Positions 41,218 through 54,109 of a DNA stretch of 64,000 nucleotides are shown one piece after another. Under the pieces are notes generated by a model, which worked only from the letters and a program-made list of their open reading frames with translations, made no database searches and was not told the origin of the DNA. The DNA is from Eledone cirrhosa (lineage: Eukaryota): positions 24,180,001-24,244,000 of the forward strand of contig OZ024763.1 in the NCBI GenBank assembly GCA_964016885.1, written 5' to 3'. Each line of letters begins with the position of its first letter. Positions within the stretch are counted from its first letter, which is position 1. The translations under genes were made by a program, and so were the position numbers.

Positions 41218-43125
41218 ATGGACGACTCAGAGTCACTCCTTCCTCACAAACTAACACCTCACACCGACACCACCATTGTAAATATTACTAAGTTTGCCAA
41301 CACTAAAAATATAAGCAGTAGCAATATTTTTAATTTGTCTCAGGTAGACATTCATTTCCCGCCATTACCAATGACTGCAGGTGTTAAAGCCGCCACCACC
41401 ACCACCGCCTTCACCACCGCCGCGACAACAGAAACAAAAGAAAAAAATAAATTAACTTGTGATATCGAAATGAATTCAACCAAAATGAACTCTTCCACAC
41501 CGAACACCACTGACGCCACCACCACCACAACTGAAACTAAAATTAACAATAACAAAAATAACGATAACAACAACAACAATGAAATTAAGAAAACCACCCT
41601 GAGTTTTGCCAGAGTAGCAAAACAGTGCGAAGCATTTCAGGTAACTCAGGAGGAATTAGAAGAAGCCAAAAAAAATGGTAAAGAAAGATGGGTACAGGGT
41701 CAGCCCCCCCCCCCACCCCCAACTAATAAAATGGACCATCGGCGCCAATGCACCGTGTCTTATAGAACAATTAACATAAAATCGCGCCGAATGGAACGGG
41801 CATCCGAGTCCCAAATCCCAAAAGCTTTGGGACATGTGTGGGCAAAAAACCCCCACATCAGACGTGGGTAGAAATATGGAACCGTGGACGTGTTCTTTGA
41901 AACACCACAGGAGGCTAGAGAACACTCAATGGCCCCATTAAAAAGTGACGTCTTCATACTCGTCCCAAGCTATTGTGGCCAGAGACTCATAAAGATCAGG
42001 GTGACCCACGTTCCACCGGCCATCGAAATTCCCTGGCTAATAGCTGCCATCCTCGCCGGCATCGAAGCCAACACCGAAATAGTGAAAGAAAATCAGGAGA
42101 ACTGGTCCGGATCTGGGATGGAGCTCCTGATCCAAAAAAGCACTGAGGAGATCCCAGAGGTAATAGACCTCACTGACGGCAGCCACCTCACCGTAATCGT
42201 CGAGGGCAGAAGGCCTAGGTGTGTCGTTTGTGGTGAAGGAACCCACCTAAGGGCTTTCTGCCCTCAGGCTAAAAGGTTGAGGCCGCCTCTCTTACCCACC
42301 CCAGTGATTCAACCATCAACACCACCAGCAGCAGAGATGGCAGCAACAACTGTAGCAGCAACAACAGAAGCAACAACCCCAGCAACAGTAGCAAAACCAA
42401 CACCACCACCACCCAACGCGCCAGAACTAGCACCAGCGCCTACACCATCCACCACGCCACAACCAAAACCAACGCCTGTGGAGGATTTTCCACTCCGTGG
42501 CCTATCACAACTGGAGACAGATTGTGACGACGAGGAGTGGGAAACGGTATCAGGAAAAAAGAAAAAAAGAAACCAAAAGAGAAAAAATTCTCTTCCTTCC
42601 CCCTCCAAAAACAAAATACAGAGGGAAACAAATAAACTATCAAACAAAAAAGTTAGGACAGATATGCCAACATCCACACCAGCATCACCAACCCCATCAC
42701 CACAAACACCAACACCATCACCATCATTAACCCCAACGCCACCATCACCAACACCACAAAAGTCACCAAAAAGCGAAACAGAAACAAACCCACAACAAAC
42801 GCAAACAAAACAAAACAACCAAAACGATACACACTACACAGCATTAAATTTAAACAACAACCAATTATTACACTACATCCAACACAACACCAGCATCACA
42901 GAAAAAGACTACACAACAACCCAAAAGTTCACACCACCTCCACACATACAAATCACTCGCATCACACAGAAAACGTATACGACACTAAAACAAAAATTCC
43001 CCAAAGACATCGGAGACTTCCGACAAGCACTCTCCAGGATGATTTATAAGGACATCCTTCCGGAGGAGGCCACAAGCAGTGAAAAGGATGGAGAAACCAT
43101 CCTTCTTCTACGAGAAGTAAGGTAA
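41218..43125 (+). pseudogene. LINE ORF1 (gag-like, CCHC zinc knuckle) with one in-frame TAG
   Basis: ORFs 41218-41871 and 41884-43125 are in the same frame; CVVCGEGTHLRAFC fits CX2CX4HX4C; EWETVSGKKKKR basic motif. Confidence 0.85.
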
Positions 43126-43159
43126 GTGGTCTTTCCCATCTTTTCCACTCCATTTCAAC

Positions 43160-46100
43160 ATGACCTCACTCAGAATAGGCAGCATAAATGCGCGTGGCTT
43201 GGGATCGTCATGGAAGCAGGGCCACCGGCTCAACGACCTCAGGTCACTAAACATAGATGTAGTGGCCATCAGCGAGACCAGAATCTCCGAAGCACGGGCC
43301 TTCGCACCGATCTTCGGCGGCTACGATGTGTACGCATCTCCCAGCCCTCCTGGATCGGGGGGAGGGGTTGCTGTGCTTTTTCGGAGAGGTTTGGATCTCG
43401 CCATACGGGCCATCTTCCTGGACCCAGAAGGTAAGTTGGTGGTGCTGGACGTGACCAGCGGAGACGGGCAAGCTTTCAGGCTAGTGGCCATCTATGCCCC
43501 GACAGGAGCAGGGCGGCCTGATTTCTTCCGGCGTCTGGAGACCTTTCTTGGAACGTCCCGCTCTTAAGTGTTAGTGGGCGACTGGAACGGGATCTTAGAT
43601 GCACGCTGGGACTGTGTGGGATTAGCAGATAGGGGAGGAGGGTGCAAGAGCCTCACCAACCTGCTCAGGCATTTTGAACTGTCTGACAGGTACCGATTGG
43701 ATTTCCCGAATGTGCCAATGTGGATTGGACAAATCGCATAGGGTCATCCAGATCATATCTAGATAGAGTATTTGGTAGGGAAATAGATAGGTCTAGAATA
43801 GGCTGTCCACAATTCAAGATAGTCAGCTACACGGACCACAAATTCGTGATCTGTGTGCTTGGCTTAGATAGGCTTCATAGACGAGGACCCGGCAACTAGA
43901 AGCTAAACGCGTCCTTACCAGCGCGCAAGGCCTACAGAGACCGGATTAGCGAACTAGTTAAGCGGGTGTTGACGGGGGCCATCGTCAACAACAAGTGGTG
44001 GTTTGCTCTGAAAAGAGCGATTAGAATAGAGTCCATTAGATTTAGTAAGGCTTTAGCAATAGAGAAAAATAGAGCAGAGGGAGAACTAGTTAGAAAATTA
44101 GACGAGGCGCTTAGCAAAGACATCGCGACCGACGTACTTGCGGCGAAATTGGCCCTTGACCAATTCTTCAATGCAAAGCACGAAGGCTGCGTTGTCAGAG
44201 CTAGGGTGCGTGCTCTCAGACACGAGGGGACGAAAGCCGTTCAATGGGCCCGAGTGACGGAGGCGCATCGTGGCAACAAAGCCACGATCCGGTCTTTGGT
44301 GGACCACGGCGAGCGCATGCTACTCGATCCCGGGAAAATGTGTGAAGCTTTCCAGCGACACTTCGCCCAGCTGTTCGGGGGCAGCGGCGGGCCAAATCGA
44401 CGGATGGACTTTAGTGTCTACCTCGACGGACTGCCGCGGCTCTCGGCCACTGAGGCGGAGTGTTGCGAAAAGCCGATAACAGCCGCTGAAGTACGGGAGG
44501 CAATGACTGGCTGCACAAGGGGTAAACCGCCTGGTTTGGATGGTCTGCCCTATGAACTTTACGTACAGACTTGTTCGGAGGCCTCTTGGCGGACGTCTAC
44601 TGCAACTGGCAACAGAACGGGAGAATTCCCAGCTCTGTGAGCCGAGGAGCTGTGGCGCTGCTGAGAAAGGATCCGAACAAGGGGGATAATATAGATAATT
44701 TCAGGCCCATAACTCTGCTAAACACAGAGTTCAAGATTTTGGCCAAGGTACTAGCAAAGAGGTTGCGCTTGTCGTTGGTGGTCTGGTGGGAGAGGCACAG
44801 ACGTGTGCCATTCCCGACAGATCCATCCACGACAACCTCCACCTCATGCGATACATCGTAGAGAGGGTAGCTACGGAACCTGGCACGGTTGGGTCAATTT
44901 AGATCAGTCGAAAGCTTTCGAGAGGGTCGACCATCGTTACCTAGCAGCAGTCCTGAGGGCGGTTGGCTTTGGGCCCGTCTTCATAGGCTGGATCGCTGCC
45001 ATGCACAGCGACATCTGCTCTGTGGTGAGAGTGAACGGTCACCTTTCGGAACCGTTCAACATCATGCGCTCGGTCCGCCAAGGATGTCCCCTCTCGTCCC
45101 TCTTGTACGTATTGACTCTCGAGCCATTACTGCACAAACTGGAGACGTTGAGGGGGGTCCTGCGCGAACTAGGATGCGGAAGATCCGTGTCAGCATATGC
45201 GGACCATTTCACCGTAGTGGTGTCGAACGCCAAACACATCGAAGCGATCGGCACTACACTAAGAGAATACGAAGCGGTGATAGGAGCAATGATCAACCAG
45301 GAAAAGTCAGTGGGCCTGCAGCTCGGCACCTGGAGACGCAGGTCCATGCCGTCCAACAGCGTCGTCAGGCGCTGGACGGACGGATCGGTTAAATTGCTAG
45401 GGGTCTGGTTCGGTCCGGACCTCCAGACGGACAAAAACTGGGATGCGGTGACGAGCAGGGTGGCTTCTCTCACCCAGAAATGGGCGGAGAGGAAGCTATC
45501 CCTGAAAGGTCGAGCGGAAGTGGCTAACGCGTACATCGCGTCCGTCATCTACTACCGCCTGACCATTGTTCCTTGTCCTAAGCCCCGCCTGACTGCGCTG
45601 GAGCGTTTGCTCTTTCGCTTTTTGTGGACGGGACGCGCTCCGATGGTCAGGCGGTCCATCTGCTGTCAACACCCGCTACGTGGAGGGCTGGGCATGCCGT
45701 GGCTGATGATGCGCAGACACACGCTCAGGCTACGACATCTCCACCTCTTCCTCGACGGTGATCAGGTGTGGTCGCCGTTTGCTAGACACGTCTTTCCCCG
45801 GCTCGTCTCCTTGACGGAGCTGCAGTCCTGGGTCAAGCGAAGACCGAGAGGGAGCGCTTGGAGACTGGAATGTCTTCAGGCGCTCACAGCCCTCGACCAA
45901 TCGGGCAATGTGATCGGTGGAAACTCCACCTTGGCGTTCTAGAGGATTAGTGGAGGGGAAGAGCAACGACGTACTTGGAGAAACTCTAGGCGTCGACGAA
46001 AATCAACTAGCCAATCTCTTCGGAAGGACTTTCGGGCCGGGGCCTATGGACAACTTCCAGAAATCCCTGATCTGGCAGTGCTACCGGGGATCTTTGCCAG

Positions 46101-46561
46101 TTTGGGATAAACTCTACAGGCATGGAGGTGCCGTCAGCCGGGCATGTCCGAGATGTGCACAGGGCGACGAAACCGTCCTGCACGTACTCGTCCAGTGTCC
46201 GAGCATTGCTGACTTGTGGGTTTATGTCGAACACCTGCTGTCACGTGTAGAACGGATCCAGCTATCAGCTGAGTCCATCGTGAGGATTGCCCCGCCCTCT
46301 TCCTATAACCGGGAAGGGCAGGTAGTTTTTATCTGTCTGGTGGCCAATGCGAAAGGGATAGTATGGTGGACATGTTTGAAAGGGCTGAAGACGAGCACTT
46401 ACCTCTTCGGTGATGCCCTGATTAACTTTTTCAAATTTCATTTGAAAAGGAAAATCAGGATAGAGAGGGAAGTGCTCTCTTCCCAGCATTTTGTTGAAAG
46501 ATGGGTGAGAGAAGCAAGTATGGCCCGAGTGAATGGGCCTACTCTGTGTATGTGTCTGTAA
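43160..46561 (+). pseudogene. LINE ORF2: AP endonuclease, reverse transcriptase and C-terminal zinc finger, with multiple stops/frameshifts
   Basis: SINARGL, ISETR, IYAP, VGDWN, TDHK; PGLDGLP, FRPITLLNTEFKILAK, DQSKAFERVDH, RQGCPLS, YADH (normally YADD); CPRC..ETVLHVLVQC. Confidence 0.93.
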
Positions 46562-46825
46562 ATTAAAGGTGGAAAACTGGGAGAGGGCACTTTCCCTGGT
46601 GGTCAGGGTCACCTTTTAATGGGCTTTCTCCACAAATGTCCCTCGGAAGTCTCCCCCCTATTGGGGAATTTTTCATTGTTATTTTTTTTATTACATCCTC
46701 TGTTTTTTTTACACGCAGAAATGCCCATTTGTACCGTCCTGTATTGTCCTTAATGTCTACTTTATGTAAACCCTTGTGATTAATAAAGAGAGAATTATTA
46801 TTATTATTATTATTATTATTTCTTT

Positions 46826-47200
46826 CTACATTCTGTGTTCAAATATCGCAAAAGTTAGCTTTGTCTTACATCCTTATAGGGTTGATTAAATAAAGTACCA
46901 GTAACACCTTGGGGTCATTTTAACCCTTTAGCATTTAACCCAGCCATATTCAGCCAGAATTCTCTCACCTCTTTCTGTTCAAACCGGCTGTAACCAGCCA
47001 CTCATACTGATGTTAAGGTATTGTTCTCAAAATAAATAATATCAAAACCTCATAGATTCAACATTATCAGAGATAATTATGTGAGGTAAAGCCTTTATCA
47101 TGAAAATACAATAGTATAAATAGAGTAATTTAAATATTAAAGGGTTAATCGACTTTCCCCGCCGCCAAAATTGCTGGCCTTGTGGCTAAATCAGAAGCCA
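46826..47200 (+). mobile_element. decayed SINE (family of 37211) interrupted by a MITE
   Basis: ...TAAAGTACCAGT..GGGGTCA resumes after the insert as ATCGACT..AAATTGCTGGCCTTGTG. Confidence 0.7.
46924..47144. mobile_element. piggyBac-type MITE (221 bp)
   Basis: TTAA at 46920-46923 and 47145-47148; terminal inverted repeats CCCTTTAGCATTTA / TAAATATTAAAGGG. Confidence 0.8.
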
Positions 47201-47627
47201 TTACTATTTTTGTTGTTGTTGTGGTATAAATGTATTTTTTTCATGGCTTGTAGAGGTAGGCAGAAAAGAAGAGGGTTATGTCTAGGTTGGGGGCAGTGTT
47301 AAAATGGTGCGGTGCGTTTTATAGGGGATGTGTCCATTTCTAAGTCTGGACAGACTAGTAGACTGAGGCCATACTGGGACACTGCCTTCGTTTACTCAAT
47401 TATATCAATATCAGTCAGTCCCTATTTTTAAAAACTTTCTCGTAGAACTGCTAAAATCCCGGACATACATACGGAACTGGAATAAACTGTGTGGAACTGG
47501 ATAGCACTATTATGAGAAGGGAGAGGTCAGTGGGCCATGCCATACTCTGGTCACAGTGGAACCATAGTTTGGGAGCCACAACCATATTTACAGTTTGGAA
47601 CTGGATGGTGAGGAGGGTGAGCTGACA

Positions 47628-49358
47628 ACCACATTTACTGCGTGCAGCAAAAGGATGGTACCGTTGTGAGGAAGGTTAGGTCATAACCACATTTACTGAA
47701 TGCAGCAAAAGGATGGTACCGTTGTGAGGAGGGTGAGGTCAGGCCCACATTTACTGCGTGCAGCAAAAGGATGGTACCGTTGTGAGGAGGGTGAGGTCAG
47801 GCCCACATGTAATGCGTGCAGCAAAAGGATGGTACCGTTGTGAGGAGGGTGAGGTCAGGTCCACATGTAATGCGTGCAGCAAAAGGATGGTACCGTTGTG
47901 AGGAGGGTGAGGTCAGGCCCACATTCACTGCGTGCAGCAAAAGGATGGTACCGTTGTGGGGAGGGTGAGGTCATAACCACATGTAATGCGTCCAGCAAAA
48001 GGATGGTACCGTTGTGAGGAGGGTGAGGTCAGGCCCACATCCACTGCGTGCAGCAAAAGGATGGTACCGTTGTGAGGAGGGTGAGGTCAGGCCCACATTC
48101 ACTGCGTGCAGCAAAAGGATGGTACCGTTGTGAGGAGGGAGAGGTCAGGCCCACATGTAATGCGTGCAGCAAAAGGATGGTACCGTTGTGAGGAGGGTGA
48201 GGTCAGGCCCACATCCACTGCGTGCAGCAAAAGGATGGTACCGTTGTGAGGAGGGTGAGGTCAGGCCCACATTTACTGCGTGCAGCAAAAGGATGGTACC
48301 GTTGTGAGGAGGGAGAGGTCAGGCCCACATTCACTGCGTGCAGCAAAAGGATGGTACCGTTGTGAGGAGGGTGAGGTCATGCCCACATTTACTGCGTGCA
48401 ACAAAAGGGTTGTACTGTTGTGGGGAGGGTGAGGTCAACCCACATTTACTGCGTGCAGCAAAAGGATGGTACCGTTGTGAGGAGGGTGAGGTCAGGCCCA
48501 CATTTACTGCGTGCAGCAAAAGGATGGTACCGTTGTGAGGAGGGTGAGATCAGGCCCACATTTACTGCGTGCAGCAAAAGGATGGTACCGTTGTGAGGAG
48601 GGTGAGGTCATAACCACATTCACTGCGTGCAGCAAAAGGATGGTACCGTTGTGAGGAGGGTGAGGTCGAAACCACATTTACTGCGTGCAGCAAAAGGATG
48701 GTACCGTTGTGAGGAGGGTGAGGTCATAACCACATTCACTGCGTGCAGCAAAAGGATGGTACCGTTGTGAGGAGGGTGAGGTCAGACCCACATTTACTGC
48801 GTGCAACAAAAGGGTTGTACCGTTGTGAGGAGGGTGAGGTCGAAACCACATTTACTGCGTGCAGCAAAAGGATGGAACCGTTGTGAGGAGGGTGAGGTCA
48901 GACCCACATTTACTGCGTGCAACAAAAGGGTTGTACCGTTGTGAGGAGGGTGAGGTCGAAACCACATTTACTGCGTGCAGCAAAAGGATGGTACCGTTGT
49001 GAGGAGGGTGAGGTCAGACCCACATTTACTGCGTGCAACAAAAGGGTTGTACCGTTGTGAGGAGGGTGAGGTCGAAACCACATTTACTGCGTGCAGCAAA
49101 AGGATGGTACCGTTGTGAGGAGGGTGAGGTCAGACCCACATTTACTGCGTGCAACAAAAGGGTTGTACCGTTGTGAGGAGGGTGAGGTCGAAACCACATT
49201 TACTGCGTGCAGCAAAAGGATGGTACCGTTGTGAGGAGGGTGAGGTCGAAACCACATTTACTGCGTGCAAAAGGATGGTACCGTTGTGAGGAGGGTGAGG
49301 TCGAAACCACATTTACTGCGTGCAAAAGGAGGGTACCGTTGTGAGGAGGGTGAGGTCA
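47628..49358. repeat. 58-bp minisatellite, about 30 copies
   Basis: Unit GTGAGGAGGGTGAGGTCAGGCCCACATTTACTGCGTGCAGCAAAAGGATGGTACCGTT. Confidence 0.97.
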
Positions 49359-49539
49359 GTTAGCCATGCCATACTCTGGTCACAGCAGAACCATATTTTG
49401 GGAGCCGCGTGCTGGCAATATTCAGTATTTTTACGAATAAACATTTGAAAGCCTTTAGCTATGAATTTTGTAAGCTGATGTCTAGAGCCATCTAGTGGAT
49501 TCCAGCAAAAGCAGGGGTGGGTAATCTGTCAATGGTCAA

Positions 49540-50060
49540 CCATCAGGACCACCACCACCACAACCACCACCACCACCACAGCCATCACCACCACAATCAC
49601 CATCAGTACCACAGCCACCAACACCACAGCCACCACCACCACCACCATCACCACCACCATCAGGAACAGCCACCACCACCATCAGGACCACAGCCACCAC
49701 CACCACCACCACCACCATCACCACCACCATCAGGAACAGCCACCACCACCATCAGGACCACAGCCACCACCACCACCACCACCATCACAGCCACCACCAC
49801 CACCACCACCATCATCAGGACCACCATCACCACCACCATCAACACCACCACCACCATCAGGACCACAGCCACCACCCCCATCACCACCACCATCAGGACC
49901 ACAGCCACCACCACCACAGCCACAGCCACCACCAACACCACCACCATCAGGACCACAGCCACCACCACCACTACTACCACCACCACCACCCCACCCACCA
50001 CAACCACTACCACTACCACCACAGCCACTACCACCACCACCACAGCCACCATTACCACTC
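49540..50060. repeat. (CAC)n-based compound repeat with a recurring CATCAGGACCACAGC motif
   Basis: Direct reading. Confidence 0.9.
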
Positions 50061-50479
50061 ACAGTGCCACCTCCACCGTACCATTCCCAGTCCTTCTCTC
50101 CCTGTTACTGTGAGGTGGTGGTTGGGTGGGGAAGGGGTACAAGGAGGGAGGGTGGGAGGTTAGGGTCTTTATCAGTTTCCAACAGACAGAAACCCTTCTA
50201 AACCCCCATTGTTCTGTCTGTATGTCTTGATAATAGGTTTTGCACCTAGAAAGTTCCCCTCTGAAACAAAAGCTCGGGTGAGGTGTTTTGTGGGAGACCA
50301 GCAGTCGGCCATGTGTGTCGCCCTCCCCTGGTCTTGTGTCGTTTTTGTTTTTTTAAAGGAAAAGGCATATGCCTTTTCTTACATCCTAGAGTGAAAAAGC
50401 TTTGCCCATAAGTTTCTTTGCTCTTGATATGGGTCTAAACAACAGCTTGTCACTGAATTACACAGTATATGTATGTGTA

Positions 50480-50698
50480 GTGAAGGCGTGTGGTTGAGTG
50501 GTTAGAGAATTGGATTCGCAATCGTAAGGTTGTGAGTTCGATTCCTGGACCAGGCGATGCGTTATGCCCTTGAGCAAGACACTTTATTTCACGTTGCTCC
50601 TTCTACCTGGAGTTGCGACCGATAGATAGTATTAGCAATTGGAAAGACCAACGGAAACATTGTTCCCTCGGTTCGATTTGACGAAAGTCGATCGTTCC
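50480..50698 (+). mobile_element. tRNA/CORE SINE (same family as 39764)
   Basis: Near-identical head, core and tail. Confidence 0.88.
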
Positions 50699-51319
50699 TT
50701 TTATGTGTACTTACAGCAAAATGTTGACGTTTACCGGGAAAATGTTAAAAGATTAAAATATTGCAACGAACATTGAGGAGGGGTAAATTTCTCAAGACCA
50801 CGTTCTGCTGTACGCCAGTTTCAACATCGCCAGTGACCTCGTTTGAGAAGGCCGCGAAACATCGCTTCAGTTATTGCCTGTCCTAGAAATTTAAAACATC
50901 TTCGGTCGTCTTTCCCCCCTTTCATCACTCCAGGGATCGTAAAATAAACCCCAATCATCTTATTGATATTGGTTCAGCAAAGAGCTGGGTTTACCACATA
51001 TATAACTATCTTTACAGTATTTAGAGCTGAAATTCTGAGCTGAAATTCTGAGCTTAAATTTCGCCCGCGTTTACTTTTACCATTCTAAAGGTTCAATAAA
51101 AAAATAAGTGATCAAGTCACTTGTGTTCTATTGATTGTGTGTTCTATCAGATCTTGTGGCCGTGATACAAATTGTCATAGACGATTGGTGGGCTGGCAGA
51201 GCATTGTACAAGACTTAAGTATTTAGTCAAGGAGTTGTACCAGTCAAGTTTTGTTGATCTAAGTACTACAAAGGCAACAACAACATTCACACCCAAGAGA
51301 ACAACAATGGCACTTTTTT

Positions 51320-52010
51320 CACCACTACTACTACCACTATTACTACCAGCACCACTACTACTACCACTACCACTACTACTACGACTACCACTACCACTAC
51401 CAGCACCACTACTACTACCACTACCACTACTACTACCAGCACCACTACTACTATCAGCACCACCACCACTACTACTACGACTACCACTACCACTACCAGC
51501 ACCACTACTACTACCAGCACCACTACTACTATCAGCACCACCACTACTACTACTACTGCTACCACTACTACTACTACCACTACTACTACTACCAGCACCA
51601 CTACTACTGCCACTACCACTACTACTACTACTGTTAATACTACCATCACAACTACTAATACTATTACTAGCGTTACTACTAGCACTACTATTACTATTAC
51701 TACTGTTACTACTACCACTACTACTACAACTACTAATACTACTACCACTACCACTACTACTACCACTACCACCACCACCACTACCATCAGTACTGCTACC
51801 ACTACTACTATTGCCACTACCACCACTACCACCATCACCTCTAGTACTACCACCCCCTCTAGTACTACCACCACCACCACCACCACTACCACTTCTAATA
51901 CTACTACCACCACTACTACCACTACCACCACTACTACTACCACCACCACTACAACTACCACCGCCACCACCACAACCACCATCACCACTACCACCACTAC
52001 CACTACTACA
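51320..52010. repeat. (CTA/CCA)n microsatellite
   Basis: Direct reading; source of the poly-L/P/V ORFs. Confidence 0.9.
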
Positions 52011-52435
52011 TTTATCAGTGACACTATTGTTGTTGGTGGTGCTGGTTATGATAGTTTGTCAGGTTATATAAATATCAGGTAATATACATATATGGCGTAG
52101 ACATTACAGTACAATACAACAGGAGGAAACATAATAGCACCACTGATGATGTTGCAGATGTGCAACGAAAGAACTTTGTTAGACTATATATATATGTGTT
52201 TATATCTATATTATATCTGTATCTTTGACCGTTGGTCAGTCAATGATAAACATTGAGGACTGAATGAATTAACTGTGGAGATATAAAAGATACAGAAGCG
52301 AAAACCAACCAAACAGTGAGCGTGTTCTGTTATTATTTCTGGCAATATTATTACAACATTATGACCCTCCCCAAGTATAACAATATTTGTTTCGACATGC
52401 GATTTCATATCAAAAACCTCGCAAAACAAACATAT

Positions 52436-52778
52436 ATCATCATCATCATCATCATTTTACGTCTGCTTTTCCCTGCTTGCAAGGGTGGGACGGGAACTGA
52501 TTCTGGCTTGATTTCTACAGCTGGATGCCCTTCCTAACACCAACCTCATTTACAGTGAGTGCTGGGTGCTTTTTTGCCATGGCACCTCCACGACCACTTT
52601 GCAGTGGAATGATATGGACCCCAGTCCCTATCATCTCATTTCTACAGCTGAGTGAACTGGAGCAATGTGAAATAAAGTGTCTTGCTCAAGGAAACAACAC
52701 ATCACCCGGTCTGAGAATTGAATTCACAACCTTTCGATTTGCAAGGCCAATGCTCTAACCACTAAGCCATGTGCCTCC
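52436..52778 (-). mobile_element. tRNA/CORE SINE with RTE tail (family of 36730)
   Basis: Reverse complement of 36730-37117 with one fewer internal unit. Confidence 0.88.
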
Positions 52779-52799
52779 ATATATATACACACATATATA

Positions 52800-53878
52800 T
52801 AAGATGCAGTTTACTTGAGAGGAGATTATGTTAGTATGGTCATATGTTGCGCATGAAGGATGACAGCTGTATAAACAGTGCAAGGTGTTCAAAATTGATG
52901 GAAGCAACGGAGTAGGTGGACCCACAAAAGCCTGCGACAAGGAGGTAAAAACTGACTTTGCACACTTACACCTGTCTAAGACAATGTCACTGGATCGAGA
53001 TCTCTGGCGCTATGCAGTAATACAGAGGACCCGTCTTCCCTTACATATGAACTTAAACCTACAGTCAGGAGGCACCTCTTAACCCTATCCAATATACACA
53101 CCACCTACTCCATCCTCCCATTTTCGCCCACACCACACTTTCTCTGTAAAGTTATATTGTTACCACCAAACATCCAGTCCACACTGTAAAGTGGTCATGT
53201 AGGAGACAGGGTAAAAAGGCTCCCAGTCCACACTGTAAAGTGGTCGTGTAGGTGTCATGACAAACAGCACCCAGTTAACACTGTAAAGTGGCCATGGAGG
53301 AGACAGGGTAAAAAGGCTCCCAGTCCACACTGTAAAGTGGTCGTGTAGGTGTCATGACAAACAGCACCCAGTTCACACTGTAAAGTGGCCATGGAGGACA
53401 GGGTAAAAAGGCTCCCAGTCCACACTGTAAAGTGGTCGTGTAGGTGTCATGACAAACAGCACCCAGTTCACACTGTAAAGTGGCCATGGAGGAGACAGGG
53501 TAAAAAGGCTCCCAGTCCACACTGTAAAGTGGTCGTGTAGGTGTCATGACAAACAGCACCCAGTTCACACTGTAAAGTGGTCGTGTAGGAGACAGGGTAA
53601 AAAGGCTCCCAGTCCACACTGTAAAATGGTCGTGTAGGTGTCATGTCAAACAGCACCCAGTTCACACTGTAAAGTGGTCGTGTAGGAGACAGGGTAAAAA
53701 GGCTCCCAGTCCACACTGTAAATGTAGTTAGCATTAGGAAGGGCATCCAGCTGTGGAAAACCAGCCAGAAACAGTTCTATATGAGCGAGACATGGTCACT
53801 CATCCCAACTTGCCTCAAGTGGGACAAATCTGCCTAACCCATGCTAGCATGGAAGATGGACGTTGATGATGATCATGA

Positions 53879-53880
<2 letters not shown>
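52800..53880 (+). mobile_element. RTE-clade LINE 3' fragment
   Basis: Decayed ORF end ...EVKTDFAHLHLSKTMSLDRDLWRYAV; 3' UTR with TTAGGAAGGGCATCCAGC and a GGACGTT(GAT)n tail. Confidence 0.75.
53174..53722. repeat. 97-bp dimeric (48+49) minisatellite inside the RTE 3' UTR
   Basis: Alternating CACACTGTAAAGTGG units ending ..TGACAAACAGCAC and ..GTAAAAAGGCTC. Confidence 0.92.
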
Positions 53881-53949
<69 letters not shown>

Positions 53950-54109
53950 ATGTATGTATGTCTGTGTGTGTGTGGGTGTGTTCATATATATATATGTGTG
54001 TGTGTTTGTTTGTGTGTATGTATGTGCATGTGTTTATATGTGTATCAGTATATATCTGTATGCGAGTGTATGTACATATATGTGTGTGCGTAGGTGTATG
54101 TATATAATA

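Larger units (their letters stand above)
41004..46820 (+). mobile_element. full-length L1/Tx1-type non-LTR retrotransposon (disabled)
   Basis: 5' UTR, ORF1, ORF2 (APE-RT-zinc finger), 3' UTR, AATAAA at about 46782 and an (ATT)n tail. Confidence 0.93.

Noticed and set aside
41352-46612. Antisense and alternative-frame ORFs within the LINE
   Set aside because: Shadow frames of ORF1/ORF2.
50715-50882. Possible minus-strand exon (TTTCTAG..GTAAGT)
   Set aside because: Stops in all three frames; it could only be a UTR or non-coding exon and has no further support.
49517-52071. His/Thr/Gly/Pro/Leu-rich ORFs (198 aa, 278 aa and others)
   Set aside because: Open in several frames on both strands because of (CAC)n and (CTA)n; no splice or domain support.
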